From NCBI GenBank assembly GCA_963716255.1, contig OY970303.1:5248001-5312000 (forward strand): a DNA stretch of 64,000 nucleotides, written 5' to 3'. This document shows positions 34,155 to 48,000 of the stretch, in pieces. The translations under genes were made by a program, and so were the position numbers. Source of the stretch: an uncultured Gemmatimonadales bacterium (lineage in GTDB: Bacteria > Gemmatimonadota > Gemmatimonadetes > Longimicrobiales > Longimicrobiaceae). Position 1 is the stretch's first letter, and every line of letters starts with the position of its first letter. Under the pieces are notes generated by a model. The model was not told the DNA's origin and did not search any database. It was given only the letters and a program-made list of their open reading frames with translations.

Positions 34155-34505
34155 TAGACGGTTTGCACGATAGTGGGAGAGCGATCAGGGGTGAAGCGGC
34201 ATGGGCGAGGAGTGGAGAGACGAAGCTCACCAGGAGAGGCGGCCCATGACACGGAAGTTCTGCAAGCCGCGGATGATGCCGAAGCAGACGTCGTAGCGCT
34301 CCATCTGCCCGCGGTAGACCTCCGCCAGGATGCGGTATCGCTCCAGGGCGGCGAGGGTATGCTCGACGGCGATGCGCAATCGTGCCTGCATCCGGTTGTA
34401 GGCGCGCCCGAGCCAGGTCAGTCGCTGAGTGCGGTGGGTCTTGAAGGGCTGTCGACGGCCGCTGTGGGGTAGGCGTCCTTCGCACCCTCATAGCCACGGT
34501 CCAGA
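34155..34505 (-). pseudogene. Truncated, frameshifted IS5-like (DDE_Tnp_4-type) transposase 3' remnant
   Basis: - strand reads LDRGYEG..., then a frame change, then QPFKTHRTQRLTWLGRAYNRMQARLRIAVEHTLAALERYRIL...FGIIRGLQNFR...W* (stop 34227). TAGACGGTTTGCACGA at 34155 resembles an IS end. Confidence 0.65.
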
Positions 34506-35680
34506 CGTGCGAACCTTATGCGGTGACGTTTGTTGCGCCGAATGATCCTGGCCGCTCACGAGCCGCGGAGGATGAAGCTGAGGGTGAAGGTCCATCGTAC
34601 GATTCATGTAAGCGTCAGGGCCGACGTCACACGGTGGCTCGGCGTTCGGGAGAGCGGTCCAGAGCGCCAGTCAAAGCCCCGCGTGACTATCTAGAGATAC
34701 CGATTTTTTGTGAGGAGTGAAGCGCTGGCCGGCGAGGAACCGATATATCGGTCTACAAACGCCGAGCGGCCCGTCGGGAAGACGGGCCGCTCGGTACTTG
34801 GGATAAGAACGTGGAGCAGAGTGACCGCTACGAGTCGTCGATCAGGTCGACCCGGCCTGCAGGCAGGAGTTCCAGGTGGACGAGCGTATCGAGACTCGCC
34901 TGGATGTCCGCATCGGTGAAATGCGGCTTGTCTCGCTTGTTCTTCCACTTCGGGTGATTTTGGTCCTGACGGAGGAGACGGCGCGTGCGGCGCTTGCCTT
35001 GCTGGTGGAGCCGTCCCGCCGGAGAAGCGGGCCGATGCGCTCCGGGAGATGGTGGACGGGATGGAGCGCGGCTATCGGGCGGCAGGCACGGCGGTCCCGA
35101 AGTGGCTCTTTCGCCTAGCTCAATAACGACGCAGGGACGCACGATGGAACAAGAGCCGCCCTTCCAGCCGGAGAGCTACATGCCCCAAGACGATCATGGT
35201 GGACGGCGTTCGCTGGTCCGTCACAACAGAGTTGCGCCACCCCATGCCGTTCGGACGAGGACTGGACCCGTTCGGAGGCGATCCCTGGAAGCAACTCCGG
35301 TTAGAGCCCTTTGACGCCGACAGCCTGCACCCCCAATTGGATCATGCACGTACCGATCCGGACCCCTGCGGGGCGACGGAAGACGTACCCAACTGGACCG
35401 ACGAGCGACTTACGGAGCGGCTAGTCGAGTTGCTGAAAATGCGGAAGGACGGCGCGGACCTATCGTGCTCCCCCGGCGAACGGGACCCGTTTCCCAACGG
35501 TCCGTCTGTCGGCGTGCCGGCGCAACACCTAGAACACGCCAGCAGGTGCGCAAACTGTTGATTTTGCGCTCCTGGCGTCAGGTTTGCCATCAGCATTCGT
35601 CGCAGTGGGATGATGCGCTGCAGGAGAGGAGCGTTATCAAGGATCGCGCAAATAGAACGCGCATAATTTACAATTGCCCC

Positions 35681-35707
35681 TTGACTTACAGCTTCGTGGC
35701 GTAAACT
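35681..35707 (+). promoter_or_regulatory. Weak candidate promoter for the right arm
   Basis: TTGACT-N15-TAAACT in the AT-rich patch 35630-35715; the spacer is short. Confidence 0.25.
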
Positions 35708-36063
35708 ATATGGGTGTGCGGTAGTACGGCTAAACGCGGACCATGGTCGCATCCGGTCACGCGGAGGAGTGTTGCGGTCCCGAGCACGTTTGCAGGTTCG
35801 CTGATGCCATCGGCTTTTCAGATCTAGACCAGAACCCTCCCGTTGGAGAGTTCCAGCACGTTCCGCTTCCGACGCGCTCGCGTCAGAATGCTGTCGGCAC
35901 CGCTCAGACACGCGGGCCTCCTTTCTTCCTACTCCATCGTTTGATGATCGAGCCCAAGCCGGAGACACTGCGGAGAGGGATGGCGGCCGAACCGGAGCGG
36001 CGGATCACCGAACCGGAGATGCTGCCTGAGGTGGAGCTTCACGCGGCGGAGGAGGGGAACGCG

Positions 36064-39000
36064 ATGGAAGTGGCGCATCCGCGGGACGCCTGCGTGCACG
36101 AACTCTTCGAGCGGCAGGTGAAGCGAACTCCTGACGCGGTGGCGGTGGTCTTCGAGGGCGAGCACGTAACATATGCGGAGCTGAACCGGCGGGCGAACCG
36201 GCTGGCGCATCACCTTCGAGAGCTGGGCGTTAGACCGGAGGTGCTCGTGGGGCTCTGTCTCGACCGGAGCCTGGAGCTGGTGGTTTCCCTTCTGGGGGTC
36301 TTGAAGGCCGGGGGCGCGTACGTGCCACTGGATCCCTCGTATCCCTCCGAGCGGCTCCGCCACATGGTCGCGGATTCCGGGATGGAGCTGCTTCTGACCC
36401 GAGAGAAATTTCGGGCGACGCTGCCGACCTCCGCCGGGGCCCGGGTCGTGATCCTCGAGGCCGCGGAACGGGCAATCACGGTCCAACCCATGGAGAACCC
36501 GGCGAGCGGAGTCACCCCGGAGCACCTGGCGTACGTGATCTACACCTCCGGCTCGACGGGGCAGCCCAAGGGAAGTCTGGTTCCCCACCGGAGCATCCCC
36601 GGCTACGCGGATGTGTACCTGGAGCTGCCCCAGGGAAGTCCGCCCGAGACCTGGCTTCAATACTCGTCCCTCTCGTGGGATGCGCTGACGCTGGAGCTGT
36701 GGACGCCCCTCCTGCGCGGCTCGCGGTGCGTACTCTATGCCAGCGCGGCGGAGGCGGGGGTCACGCCCCAGGGGCTGGCGCGTGCGATCGCCGAGCAGGG
36801 GGTGACCACGTTGTGGATGACGTCCACCCTGTTCAACACCATGCTCGACGTGGCTCCCGAAGCCCTCCAGCCGTTGCGGGTGCTGCTGGTCGGGGGCGAG
36901 CAGCTCTCGGGGCCGCATGTACGCCGGGCCCGGGCGCTGCTACCCGGGACGCGGCTGGTGAACGGCTACGGCCCCAGCGAATGCACGGTATTCATTGCGT
37001 GCCACGTGATTCCGGGCGAGCCGGAGGAGCTCCCGGCGGGGACGATTCCGTTGGGGCGGCCGGTGGGGGACCGGCGGTGCTACGTGCTGGACTCGATGCT
37101 GGAGCTGGCGCCGGTCGGGGTCGCTGGCGAACTGTGCGTCGGCGGACCGGCCGTCGCACGCGGGTACCTGGGCAGGCCCGAGCTGACGGCGGGGAGGTTC
37201 GTGCCGGATCCGTACGCGAGTGAAGGGGGAGCCCGGCTCTACCGGACGGGCGACGAGGTGCGGTGGCGGCCGGACGGGACGCTGGAGTACGTGGGCCGCC
37301 TGGACGAGCAGGTGAAGGTGCGAGGCTACCGGATCGAGCTCGGCGAGATCGAGGCACGGTTGCTGGAGCACGGGGCGGTGCGCGAGGCCGTGGTGGTGGC
37401 GCGGGAGGACGACGCGGGGGACAAGCGGCTGGTGGCGTACTGGGTCGAAAAGCTCGACAGCAGGGTCACGGAAGCGTCGGACGAGAGCGAGTCCGACCAC
37501 GTGGCGGCCTGGAAAGACCTTTACGACAGCGTCTACGGCGAGAACGGTGGAGATTCAGATCCGACGTTCAACATCGGCGGCTGGAACAGCAGCTATACCG
37601 GCCAGCCCATTCCGCCCGAAGAAATGCGAGAATGGCTGGACGCCACCGTGGCTCGCACGGTCGCACTGAAGCCGAAGCGAGTGCTCGAAATCGGATGCGG
37701 ATCCGGCTTGATCCTGTTCCGGCTGGCAGCCGGTTGCGAGCGATACGTCGGTACGGACTTCTCCGCCGATGGACTGCGGAAGGTTCGTGCGGTGCTCGAC
37801 GGGCGGCCCGAGGGGGACCGGGTGGAGCTGTACGAGCGGCTGGCCGACGACTTCAGCGGGTTCGCACCGGGGTCGTTCGACCTCGTGGTCATCAACTCGG
37901 TCGTGCAGTACCTGCCAAGCATCCACTACCTCGAGACGGTCATCGAACGAGCCGTTCGCGCCGTGGCACCGGGGGGGCACGTCTTCGTCGGGGACGTTCG
38001 GAACCTGGACCTGCTGGGCGCCTTTCACACCGCGGTGGAGACGTATCGGTCCGCACCGACAACCCCGGTCGCCGAGTGGAGGGCTCGCGCGGAGCGGGCG
38101 CAGCGGAGCGAGGACGAGCTGGTGATCGCCCCGGCTTTCTTCCGATCGCTTCGACAGAGGCTCGCCTCGGTCGATCACGTGGAGGTCCTGCACAAGCGCG
38201 GGCGGTTCCTCAACGAGATGACGGAGTTCCGATACGACGTGGTGCTGTACGTCGGTGCAGGTGACCAGGCGGATCCCGAGGCGGAGGCCGATGCAAGCTG
38301 GGAGATCGACCGTCTGACTCTCGATTCTCTGCGAGCTCGACTCCAGGAGACCACCGACGAGCTCCTGATCGTCGCCGACGTGCCCAATGCCCGGGTGAGC
38401 GGCCCGCTGAAGCTGCTCGCGATGCGTCGGGACTCCGGGAGCGCTGAGACCGTGGAGGATGTACGCCGCCTCGCATTCCCGGACGGAGTGAATCCCGAGG
38501 AACTGTGGACCCTGGGTGAGAGCCTGGGATGGTCGGTGGAAGTGAGTGTCGCCGATTCCGACAACGCCGGACGTGTCGACGCGATGTTCTCACGGCGGCA
38601 CGGCACCAGCGGCCGATACAGGTTCCCGGCGCTCCGGGGCTGGACGCGTGAGAGCCTGACCGCCTGCGCGACGGCTCCGATGAGAAGCAAGCCGGCCGGG
38701 GTGCTTCCGTCCCACCTGCGTTCGTTCCTGGAGGCGCGGCTGCCCGCGTACATGCTGCCGGCCGCTTACGTTCGTCTCGAGGCGCTGCCGCTGACGCCGA
38801 ACGGGAAGGTGGATCGACGCGGTCTTCCCGCACCGGCGAGGGATGCCTACGCGGACGCAACGTACGAGGCGCCAGTGGGGGAGGCGGAGGCGGCGCTGGC
38901 GCAGATCTGGGCGGAGGTGCTCAGGATGGAGCGGGTGGGTCGGTGGGACCACTTCTTCGAGCTGGGAGGTCACTCCCTCCTGGCGGTCCAGGTGGTCTCG

Positions 39001-42000
39001 CGCGTCAGGCAGAGGCTCGGCGTGGAAGTCGCCCTGGGAGAGGTCTTCCGTCTGCCTGTGCTGGCGGAGTTCGCGCGCGCCGTGGCGGGGGCGGCCCGGG
39101 CGGATCTGCCGCGGATCGAGCCTGTGGACCGGGCGGCGCCGCTGCCGCTGTCCTTCGCGCAGCAGCGGCTCTGGTTCCTGGAGCAGCTGGGGGGGATGGG
39201 GAACGCCTTTCACATCCTGTGGCGCTTGCGCCTGCAGGGTCGGCTGGACGGAGGAGCGCTGGGGCGGGCGCTGGAGCGGATCGTGGCGCGCCACGAAGTG
39301 CTGCGCACGACCTTCACCCTGGTCGACGGCGAGCCGGTGCAGCGGATCGCCCTGGTGGAGGAGAGCCGGTTCCACCTGGCGGAGCACGACCTGAGGGGGG
39401 AGGCCGGAGCAGAAGAGGAGGTCGGCCGTCTGCTCGCGCAGGAGTGGAGCACACCCTTCGACCTGGAGCGGGGGCCGCTGATCCGGGGGTGTCTGATCCG
39501 GCTGGGGGAAGACGATCACGTGCTGCAGATGACGATGCACCACATCGTCTCCGACGGCTGGAGCATGGGAGTGCTCACCGGCGAGCTGAGCACGCTCTAC
39601 GCCGCCTGCCTCCGCGGGGAGGCGGATCCGCTGCCGGCTCCCGCGGTGCAGTACGGGGACTACGCGGTGTGGCAGAGGCGCTGGCTGACGGGCGAGGTGC
39701 TGCGGGAGCAGGCGGAGTACTGGCGGCGGCGGCTGGCGGGAGCGACGGAGCTCCTGGAGCTGCCCACCGACCATCCGAGACCGGCGCGGATGGGCCACGC
39801 CGGAGCCTCGTTGGACGTGGAGCTGGGAGAGGAGCTGACGGGAAGGCTGAAGGAGCTGAGCCGCCGGCAGGGGACGACGCTGTTCATGACGCTGCTGACG
39901 GGCTGGGCCGTGGTGCTGAGCCGGCTCTCAGGGCAGGAGGACCTGGTCGTCGGCACGCCCACGGCGAACCGGGGCCGGGCGGAGATCGAGGGGCTGATCG
40001 GGTTCTTCGTCAACACGCTGGCGCTGCGGCTGGACCTCTCGGGCGCGCCGCGGGCGGGGGAGTTGATGGAGCGGGTGCGGGAGCGTGCGCTGGAGGCACA
40101 GCACCATCAGGACATTCCCTTCGAGCAGGTGGTGGAGCTGGCTCAGCCGATGCGCAGCCTGTCGCACAGTCCGCTCTTCCAGGTGATGTTCGCCTGGCAG
40201 AACGCACCCGGGGGCGAGCTGGTGCTGCCGGGCGTAGAGGTGGCGGCGATGGGGGAGGGCGCGGAGCAGGCGAGCACGCAGTTCGACCTGTCGCTCTCGC
40301 TGGGGGAATCGGGCGGGCGGATCGTGGGGGGGGTGCAGTACGCGACGTCGCTGTACGAGCGCGGAACGGTGGATCGCTACCTCGGCTACCTGCGGCGGGT
40401 GCTGGAGGCGATGGCAGCCGGGCCGCAGCGGCGGATCACCGAGATCGAGATGCTGACAGAGGCGGAGCGTCGGCTGGTGGTGGTGGAGTGGAACGCGACA
40501 GAAGCGGCGTATCCACGGGACGTGTGCGTGCACGAGCTGTTCGAGCGCGAGGTGGAGCGCAGCCCCGACGCGGTGGCGGTGGTCTACGAGAGCGAGGTGC
40601 TGAGCTACGCAGAGCTGAACCGGCGGGCGAACCGGCTGGCGCACCACCTGAGAGACCTGGGCGTGGGACCGGACACACGGGTGGCCATCTGCGCGGAGCC
40701 CAGCCTGGAAATGATGGTGGGCGTGCTCGGTGTGCTCAAAGCCGGCGGTGCCTACGTGCCGCTGGACCCGTCTTATCCTGAGGAGCGGCTGGGCTATATG
40801 CTCCGGGACAGCGCACCGGCGGTGCTGCTGCGACAACCCTCGCTGGCGAGCCGCTTCGTCGAGATGGACCTGCCCGCGCTCGACCTTTGCGGGCAGGAGC
40901 CCGCATGGGCGAGCGCTCCGGAGACGAACCCGGCGCGCGAGCGGGTGGGGCTCACGCCCGAGCACCTGGCGTACGTGATCTACACCTCCGGCTCCACGGG
41001 AAGGCCCAAGGGAGTGATGGTGGAGCATCGCGGGGTGTGCAACCTTGCGCTGGCGCAGATCCACTGCTTCGCGGTCGAGCCGGGCAGCCGTGTCCTGCAG
41101 TTCGGTTCGTTCAGCTTCGATGCCTGTGTCTCCGAGGTGGCCATGGCGCTGTGCCGGGGCGCGTCGCTTCACCTCACGCCCCGAGGGGTTACGCCGGCCG
41201 GTGAGGCGCTGGTCGAGATCGTGGCTGCGCACGGCATCACGCACCTGACGCTCCCGCCGGCCGTGCTCGCTACCCTCCCGGGCGACTCGGAACTGCGGCC
41301 GGTCCGCACGATGGTGGTCGCGGGGGACGTAATGCCGGAAACGGCCGCGAGACGGTGGGCAAAGGGGCGCCGACTCGTCAACGCGTACGGGCCGACCGAG
41401 GCGACGGTCTGCGCGAGCGTCCATGTGTGCGGAGCGGACGAGGCGGGGAAACCCTCCATCGGGCGGCCCCTCTCCAACGCGCAGATCTACATCCTCGACG
41501 GAGCGGGCGAACCGGTCCCGGTGAACGTCGCGGGAGAGCTGTACATCGGGGGGGCGGGTGTGGCACGCGGCTACCTGGGGCGCGCGGAGCTCACGGCGGA
41601 GCGGTTCGTCCCCGATCCCTTCGGGAAGGAAGACGGTGGGCGGCTGTACCGGACGGGGGATCTGGGCCTGTGGTCGCCTGGGGGGACGATCGCGTTCCTG
41701 GGTCGCAACGACCATCAGGTGAAGCTGCGGGGCTACAGGATCGAGCTGGGGGAGATCGAGGCGTTGCTGGTGCAGCACCCAGGCGTACGTGAGGCGGCGC
41801 TTGCGGCACGGGAGGACACTCCCGGGAACAGGCGTGTAGTGGCGTACTGGGTGGGCTCGGACGAGGTAGGAGTGGAGCGCCTGCGCGCGCACCTGCTGGA
41901 GCGGTTGCCGGAGTACATGGTGCCTGCGGCGTACGTGCGGCTCGAGAGGCTTCCGCTCAACCCCAACGGAAAATTGGACCGCCGGGCGCTGCCTGCGCCC

Positions 42001-45000
42001 GAGGGCGATGCGTACGCGCGGCGGGGCTACGAGGCGCCCGTGGGGGAGATAGAGGCGGTGCTGGCGCAGATCTGGGCGGAGGTGCTCAAGATGGAGCGGG
42101 TGGGTCGGCGGGACCACTTCTTCGACCTGGGAGGCCACTCGCTCCTGGCGGTCCAGGTGGCCTCGCGCGTGAGGCAGAGGTTGGGCGTGGAAGTCGCCCT
42201 GGGGGAGGTCTTCCGTCTGCCGACGCTGGCGGAGTTCGCGCGCGCCGTGGAGGGGGCGACCCGGGCGGATCTGCCGCGGATCGAGCCGGTGGACCGGGCG
42301 GCGCCGCTGCCGCTGTCCTTCGCCCAGCAGCAGCTCTGGTTCCTGGACCGGCTGGAGCCGGGGAGCAGCACCTACAACATCCCCGTGGCATGGCGCCTGG
42401 GCGGTGCCCTGGACGAACCGGCGCTGGAGCGCGCGCTGGGCGAGATCGTCCGGCGTCACGAGGCGCTGAGGACCACGTTCGCCGACCGGGACGGCTCGCC
42501 GGTGCAGGTCATCGCGCGCTTCGGCGGGTTCGCCCTGCCGGTGGAGGATCTGTCGGACCTGAGCGAGGCGGATCGCGAGGCCGAGGTCCGGCGCCGCGCT
42601 GGCAAGGAGGCGCGGCGGCCGTTCGACCTCGCGGCGGGACCGCTCTTCCGCGCGGCGCTGCTGCGGGTGGCGGACGAGGATCACGTCCTGCTGCTGTGCA
42701 TCCACCACATCGTCACCGACGGGTGGAGCATGGGGGTGCTCTTCCGTGAGCTGTCGGCGCTGTACGAGGCGTACCGCGAGGGGCGTGAGTCGCCGCTCGC
42801 CGAGCTGGCGGTGCAGTACGCCGACTACGCCGTGTGGCAGCGGGAGCAGCTGGCGGGCGAGGTGCTGGATCGGCAGCTGGCGTACTGGCGGGAGCGCCTG
42901 GCGGACGCACCCGCGGTGCTGGAGCTGCCGACGGACCATCCCCGTCCCGCGGTGCAGACGTACCGGGGCGCGACGGTCCCGGTGGAGTTCTCCCCGGAGC
43001 TGCTGGAGCGCCTCCAGCGGCTGGGGCGGAGCGAGGGGGCGACGCTGTACATGGTGCTGCTGGGCGCCTTCCAGGTGCTGCTGGGCAAGTACGCCGGCAG
43101 CGAGGACGTGGTGGTGGGCAGCCCGATCGCCGGGCGCACGCGCGGGGAGATAGAGGAGCTGATCGGCTTCTTCGTCAACACGCTGGTGCTGCGCACCGAC
43201 CTCTCGGGAGACCCGAGCTTCCGCGAAACCCTGCGGCGGGTGCGGGAGGCGACGCTGGGCGCGTACGCGCACCAGGACGTGCCCTTTGAGAAGCTGGTGG
43301 CCGAGCTGCAGCCGGAGCGCAGCCTGAGCCACTCGCCGCTGTTCCAGGTGATGTTCACCCTGCAGAACGCCGGGGGCCGGGAAAGCGCTCTGCCGGGGCT
43401 GAAGGTCAGCGGAGCCGGTGCGGAGCTCGCGAGCGCCAAGTTCGATCTCTCCGTGGAGTTCGCGGAGACCCCCGAGGGCTTGCGCGGCGGACTGAACTAC
43501 AGCACGGACCTCTTCGAGCGCGGCACGGTGGAGCGGATGCTCGGCCACCTGGAGCGGGTGCTGGAGCAGGTCGCCGCCAACGCGGACGTGCGGCTTTCGC
43601 AGCTGGAGCTGCTCGGCGAGGCGGAGCGCGCGCTGGTGCTGGAGGAGTGGAACCGGACCGAAGCCGAGTACCCGGCGGACCGGTGCATCCACGAGCGGTT
43701 CGAAGCCCAGGCGGCGCGCACGCCGGGGGCGGTGGCCGTGCGCTTCGAGGAGGAGTCGCTCACCCTCCGCGAGCTGAACGCCCACGCCAACCAGCTCGCC
43801 CACCACCTGCGTCGGCGCGGGGTGGGCCCGGAGGTGCGGGTGGGGATCTGCCTGGAGCGCAGCCTGGAGATGGTGGTCGCCATCCTGGCCATTCTCAAGG
43901 CCGGGGGCGCCTACGTGCCGCTGGACCCCGGCTACCCGGCGGAGCGGCTGGCGTTCATCCTGGCCGACTCCGCCACCCCGGTGCTGCTCACGCGGGAGAC
44001 GCTGCGCGGCGCGATCCCGGCGCGTGAGGGCGTGGAGGTGGTGAGCCTGGACGGCGCGGCAAAGGAGATCGCGGCGGAAAGCCTGGAGAACCCGCAGAGC
44101 GGCGCGGGACCGGATTCGCTGGCGTACGTCATCTACACCTCCGGCTCCACCGGCACGCCCAAGGGGGCGCTGATCGAGCACCGCAACGTGGCGCGGCTGT
44201 TCAGCGCCACCGACGCCTGGTTCGGTTTCGGTCCGGACGACGTGTGGACGCTCTTCCACTCCTACGCGTTCGACTTCTCCGTCTGGGAACTGTGGGGCGC
44301 GCTGCTCTACGGCGGCCGCGTGGTCGTCGTCCCCTTCGATGTAAGCCGTGATCCGGAAGCCTTCCACGCGCTGGTGCAGCGCGAGGGCGTCACCGTGCTC
44401 AGCCAGACCCCGTCGGCGTTCCGGCAGTTCATCCGCGTGGACGGCGAGCGGGGCGGCGACCTGGCGCTGCGCAACGTGATCTTCGGCGGCGAGGCGCTGG
44501 AGCCCGCCTCGCTGCGCGAGTGGGTGGAGCGCCGCGGCGCGGACACCCCACGGCTGGTGAACATGTACGGGATCACCGAGACCACCGTGCACGTGACCTA
44601 CCGGCCGCTGAGCCGTGAGGACGTCTTTGGCGGATCAGGGAGCCCCATCGGGCGGGCGATCCCCGACCTGCGGCTGTACGTGCTGGACCCGGCGCGGCGG
44701 CCGATGCCGGTCGGCGTGCCGGGCGAGTTGTACGTGGGAGGGGCCGGGGTGGCGCGCGGGTACCTGAACCGCCCGGAGCTGACCGCCGAGCGCTTCGTGG
44801 ACGATCCGTTCACCCCCGGCCGGCTGTACCGGACCGGCGACCGGGTGCGCTGGATGGCGGACGGGACGCTGGAGTACCTGGGCCGTCTGGACGAGCAGGT
44901 GAAGATCCGCGGGTTCCGCATTGAGCTGGGCGAGATCGAGGCCGCGCTGCGCCAGGCGCCAGGCGTTGCGGACTGCACCGTCATCGTGCGCGATGACGAG

Positions 45001-48000
45001 ACCGGCGACCGGCGGCTGGTGGCGTACGTGGTGGGTGAAGCGGAGGCCGAGGCGCTGCGCGACCGCCTGCGCCAGAGCCTGCCGGAGTACATGGTCCCGT
45101 CCGCATTCGTGGCGCTGGACGCGCGCCCGCTGACGTCCAACGGCAAGCTGGACCGCAAGGCATTGCCGGCGCCGGAGCTCGCGTCGGCGGAGGAACGGTA
45201 CGTGGCGCCGCGCACCCCCGTGGAGGAGGTGCTGGCGGGGATCTGGACCGAAGTGCTGCGGCTGGAGCGGGTGGGGGTGACGGACAACTTCTTCGAGCTG
45301 GGCGGGCACTCGCTGCTCGCCACGCGGGTGATCTCGCGCATCCGGGCCGTTTTCGGCGTGGAGCTGCCGCTGCGGGCGCTCTTCGAGGGGCCGACGATCG
45401 CGGAGATGGCCGTGCGCGTGGAGGAAATACGCCGCGCGGATCTGCCGGTGCTTCCGCCGGTGGTGCCGGTGGAGCGCACGGGCGCGTTGCCGCTCTCCTT
45501 CGCGCAGGAGCGGCTCTGGTTCATCGACCAGCTGGAACCCGGAAGCGCCGTCTACAACATTCCCATGGCATGGCGCCTGGGCGGCGCGCTGGACCGGGCG
45601 GCGCTGGAGCGCGCGCTGGGCGAGATCGTCCGGCGGCACGAGGCGCTGCGGACCACCTTCAAGGAGGTGGAAGGCTCGCCGGTGCAGGTGGTGGCGCCCT
45701 TCGGCGGGTTCGCCCTGCCGGTGGAGGACCTGTCGGGGCTGAGCGGGGCGGATCGCGAGGAGGCGGTACGGCGCCGCGTGGGCGGGGAGGCGAGGCGGGC
45801 GTTCGATCTCGCCGCGGAACCGCTCTTCCGCGCGGTGCTGCTGCGGGTGGACGAGGAAGATCACGTGTTGCTGCTCGCGATGCACCACATCGTCAGCGAC
45901 GGGTGGAGCATGGAAGTGTTCTTCCGCGAGCTGTCGGCGCTCTACGCGGCGTACCGCGCGGGACGGGAATCGCCGCTGCCGGAGCTGGCGGTGCAGTACG
46001 CCGACTACGCGGTGTGGCAGCGCGAGCAGCTGGCGGGCGAGGCCCTGGATCGGCAGCTCTCGTACTGGCGGGAACGCCTGGGGGGAGCGCCGGAGCTGCT
46101 GGAGCTGCCGACGGACCACCCCCGACCGCCGGTGCAGACGTACCGGGGCGAATCGGTCGGGGTGAACTTCTCCCCCGAGCTGCTGGAGCGGCTGCAGGCG
46201 CTGGGGCGGAGCGAGGGAGCGACGCTGTACATGGTGCTGCTGGGCGCCTTCCAGGTGCTGCTGAGCCGGTACGGCGGTTGTGAGGACGTGGTGGTGGGGA
46301 GCCCCATCGCCGGACGCACGCGCGAGGAGGTGGAGGAGCTGATCGGCTTCTTCATCAACACGCTGGTGCTGCGCACCGACCTCTCCGGAGATCCGAGCTT
46401 TCGGGAGGTGCTGCGGCGGGTGCGGGAGGTGACGCTGGGCGCGTACGAGCACCAGGATGTGCCCTTCGAAAAGCTGGTCGCCGAGCTGCAGCCGGAGCGG
46501 TCCTTGAGCCATTCGCCGCTCTTCCAGGCGATATTCGCGCTGCAGAACGCCGGGGACCTGGGAGGCGAGCTTCTGGGGCTGAAGGTCGGCGGAGTCGGTG
46601 CGGCCATGGGGATCGCCAAGTACGACCTTTCCCTGACGCTTGGGGCGACCGCCCAGGGCCTGCGTGGCGGGCTGAACTACAGCACCGACCTCTTCGAGCG
46701 TGGCACGGTCGAACGGATGCTCGGCCACCTGGAGCGGGTGCTGGAGCAGGTCGCCGCGGACGCGGACGTGCGTCTTTCGCAGCTGGACCTGCTCGGCGGG
46801 GCGGAGCGCGCGCTGGTGCTGGAGGAGTGGAATCGGACCGGAGCGGAGTATCCGGCGGACCGGTGCATCCACGAGCTGTTCGAGGCGCAGGCGGCGCGCA
46901 CGCCGGGGGCGGTGGCCCTGCGCTTCGAGGAGGAGTCGCTCACCTACGCTGAGCTGAACGAGCGTGCCAACCGGCTGGCGCACTGCATTCGCGGGCTCGG
47001 CGTCGGGCCCGACGTACGGGTAGGGGTCTGCGTGGAGCGGAGCCTGGAGATGGTGGTCTCCCTCCTGGCCGTGCTGAAGGCCGGGGGCGCCTACGTGCCG
47101 CTGGACCCGGGCCTGCCCGCCGAGCGGCTGGCGTACATGCTGGACGACAGCGCCGTGCCGCTGGTGCTGGTGCAGGCTGCCCTGCGCGAGACCGTTCCCG
47201 CGCGCGAAGGCGTGGGGGTGCTGGCGGTGGACGCGCTGGCGGAGCGGCTGGCGGCGGAGCCGGCGGAGAACCCGGCGGGCGGCGCGGGGCCGGATTCGCT
47301 GGCGTACGTCATCTACACCTCCGGCTCCACCGGCCGTCCCAAGGGGGTGATGAACGTGCACCGGGGCGTGGTGAACCTGCTCTGGTCGATGCGCGGGACC
47401 GTGGCGATGGCGCCCGCGGACCGGTTGCTCGCCGTTACCACCTTCGCCTTCAACATCTCGGTGCTCGAACTCTTCTTCCCGCTGCTCTCGGGCGCGCGGG
47501 TGGAGATCCTGGACCGCTTCGCGGCGTCCGACCCCGTCCTGCTGCGGGAGGCGGTCGGCGCGGGCGTCGGGACCGTGCTGCAGGCCACGCCCGCGACCTG
47601 GCGGCTCCTCCTCGACGCCGGGTGGGAGGGCGCGGAGAGCCTGCGCGCCCTGAGCGGCGGCGAGGCGCTCCCCGCCGAGCTCGCCGCGCGGCTGCGCGAG
47701 CGCGTGGGCGCGCTCTGGAACGTGTACGGGCCGACGGAGACCACCATCTGGTCGACGGCGCAGCCCCTCGGCGCGGGGACGGACGTGGGCCGCGGGCACG
47801 TCTCCATCGGCGCGCCGGTGGCGAACACGCGGGTGTACGTGGTGGACAGGTACCTGTCCCCGGAGCCGGCGGGGGTCCCGGGGGAGCTGTACATCGGCGG
47901 GGCGGGGGTGGCGCGCGGCTACCTGGGGCGGCCGGGGCTCTCGGCGGAGAAGTTCGTCCCCGACCCGTTCGCCGCGGAGCCGGGCGCGCGCCTGTACCGC

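Noticed and set aside
35743..35943. ORF-track start of the 4310-aa protein at 35743
   Set aside because: The extra N-terminus has no NRPS similarity and atypical codon usage; a better RBS precedes 36064. The true start remains uncertain.
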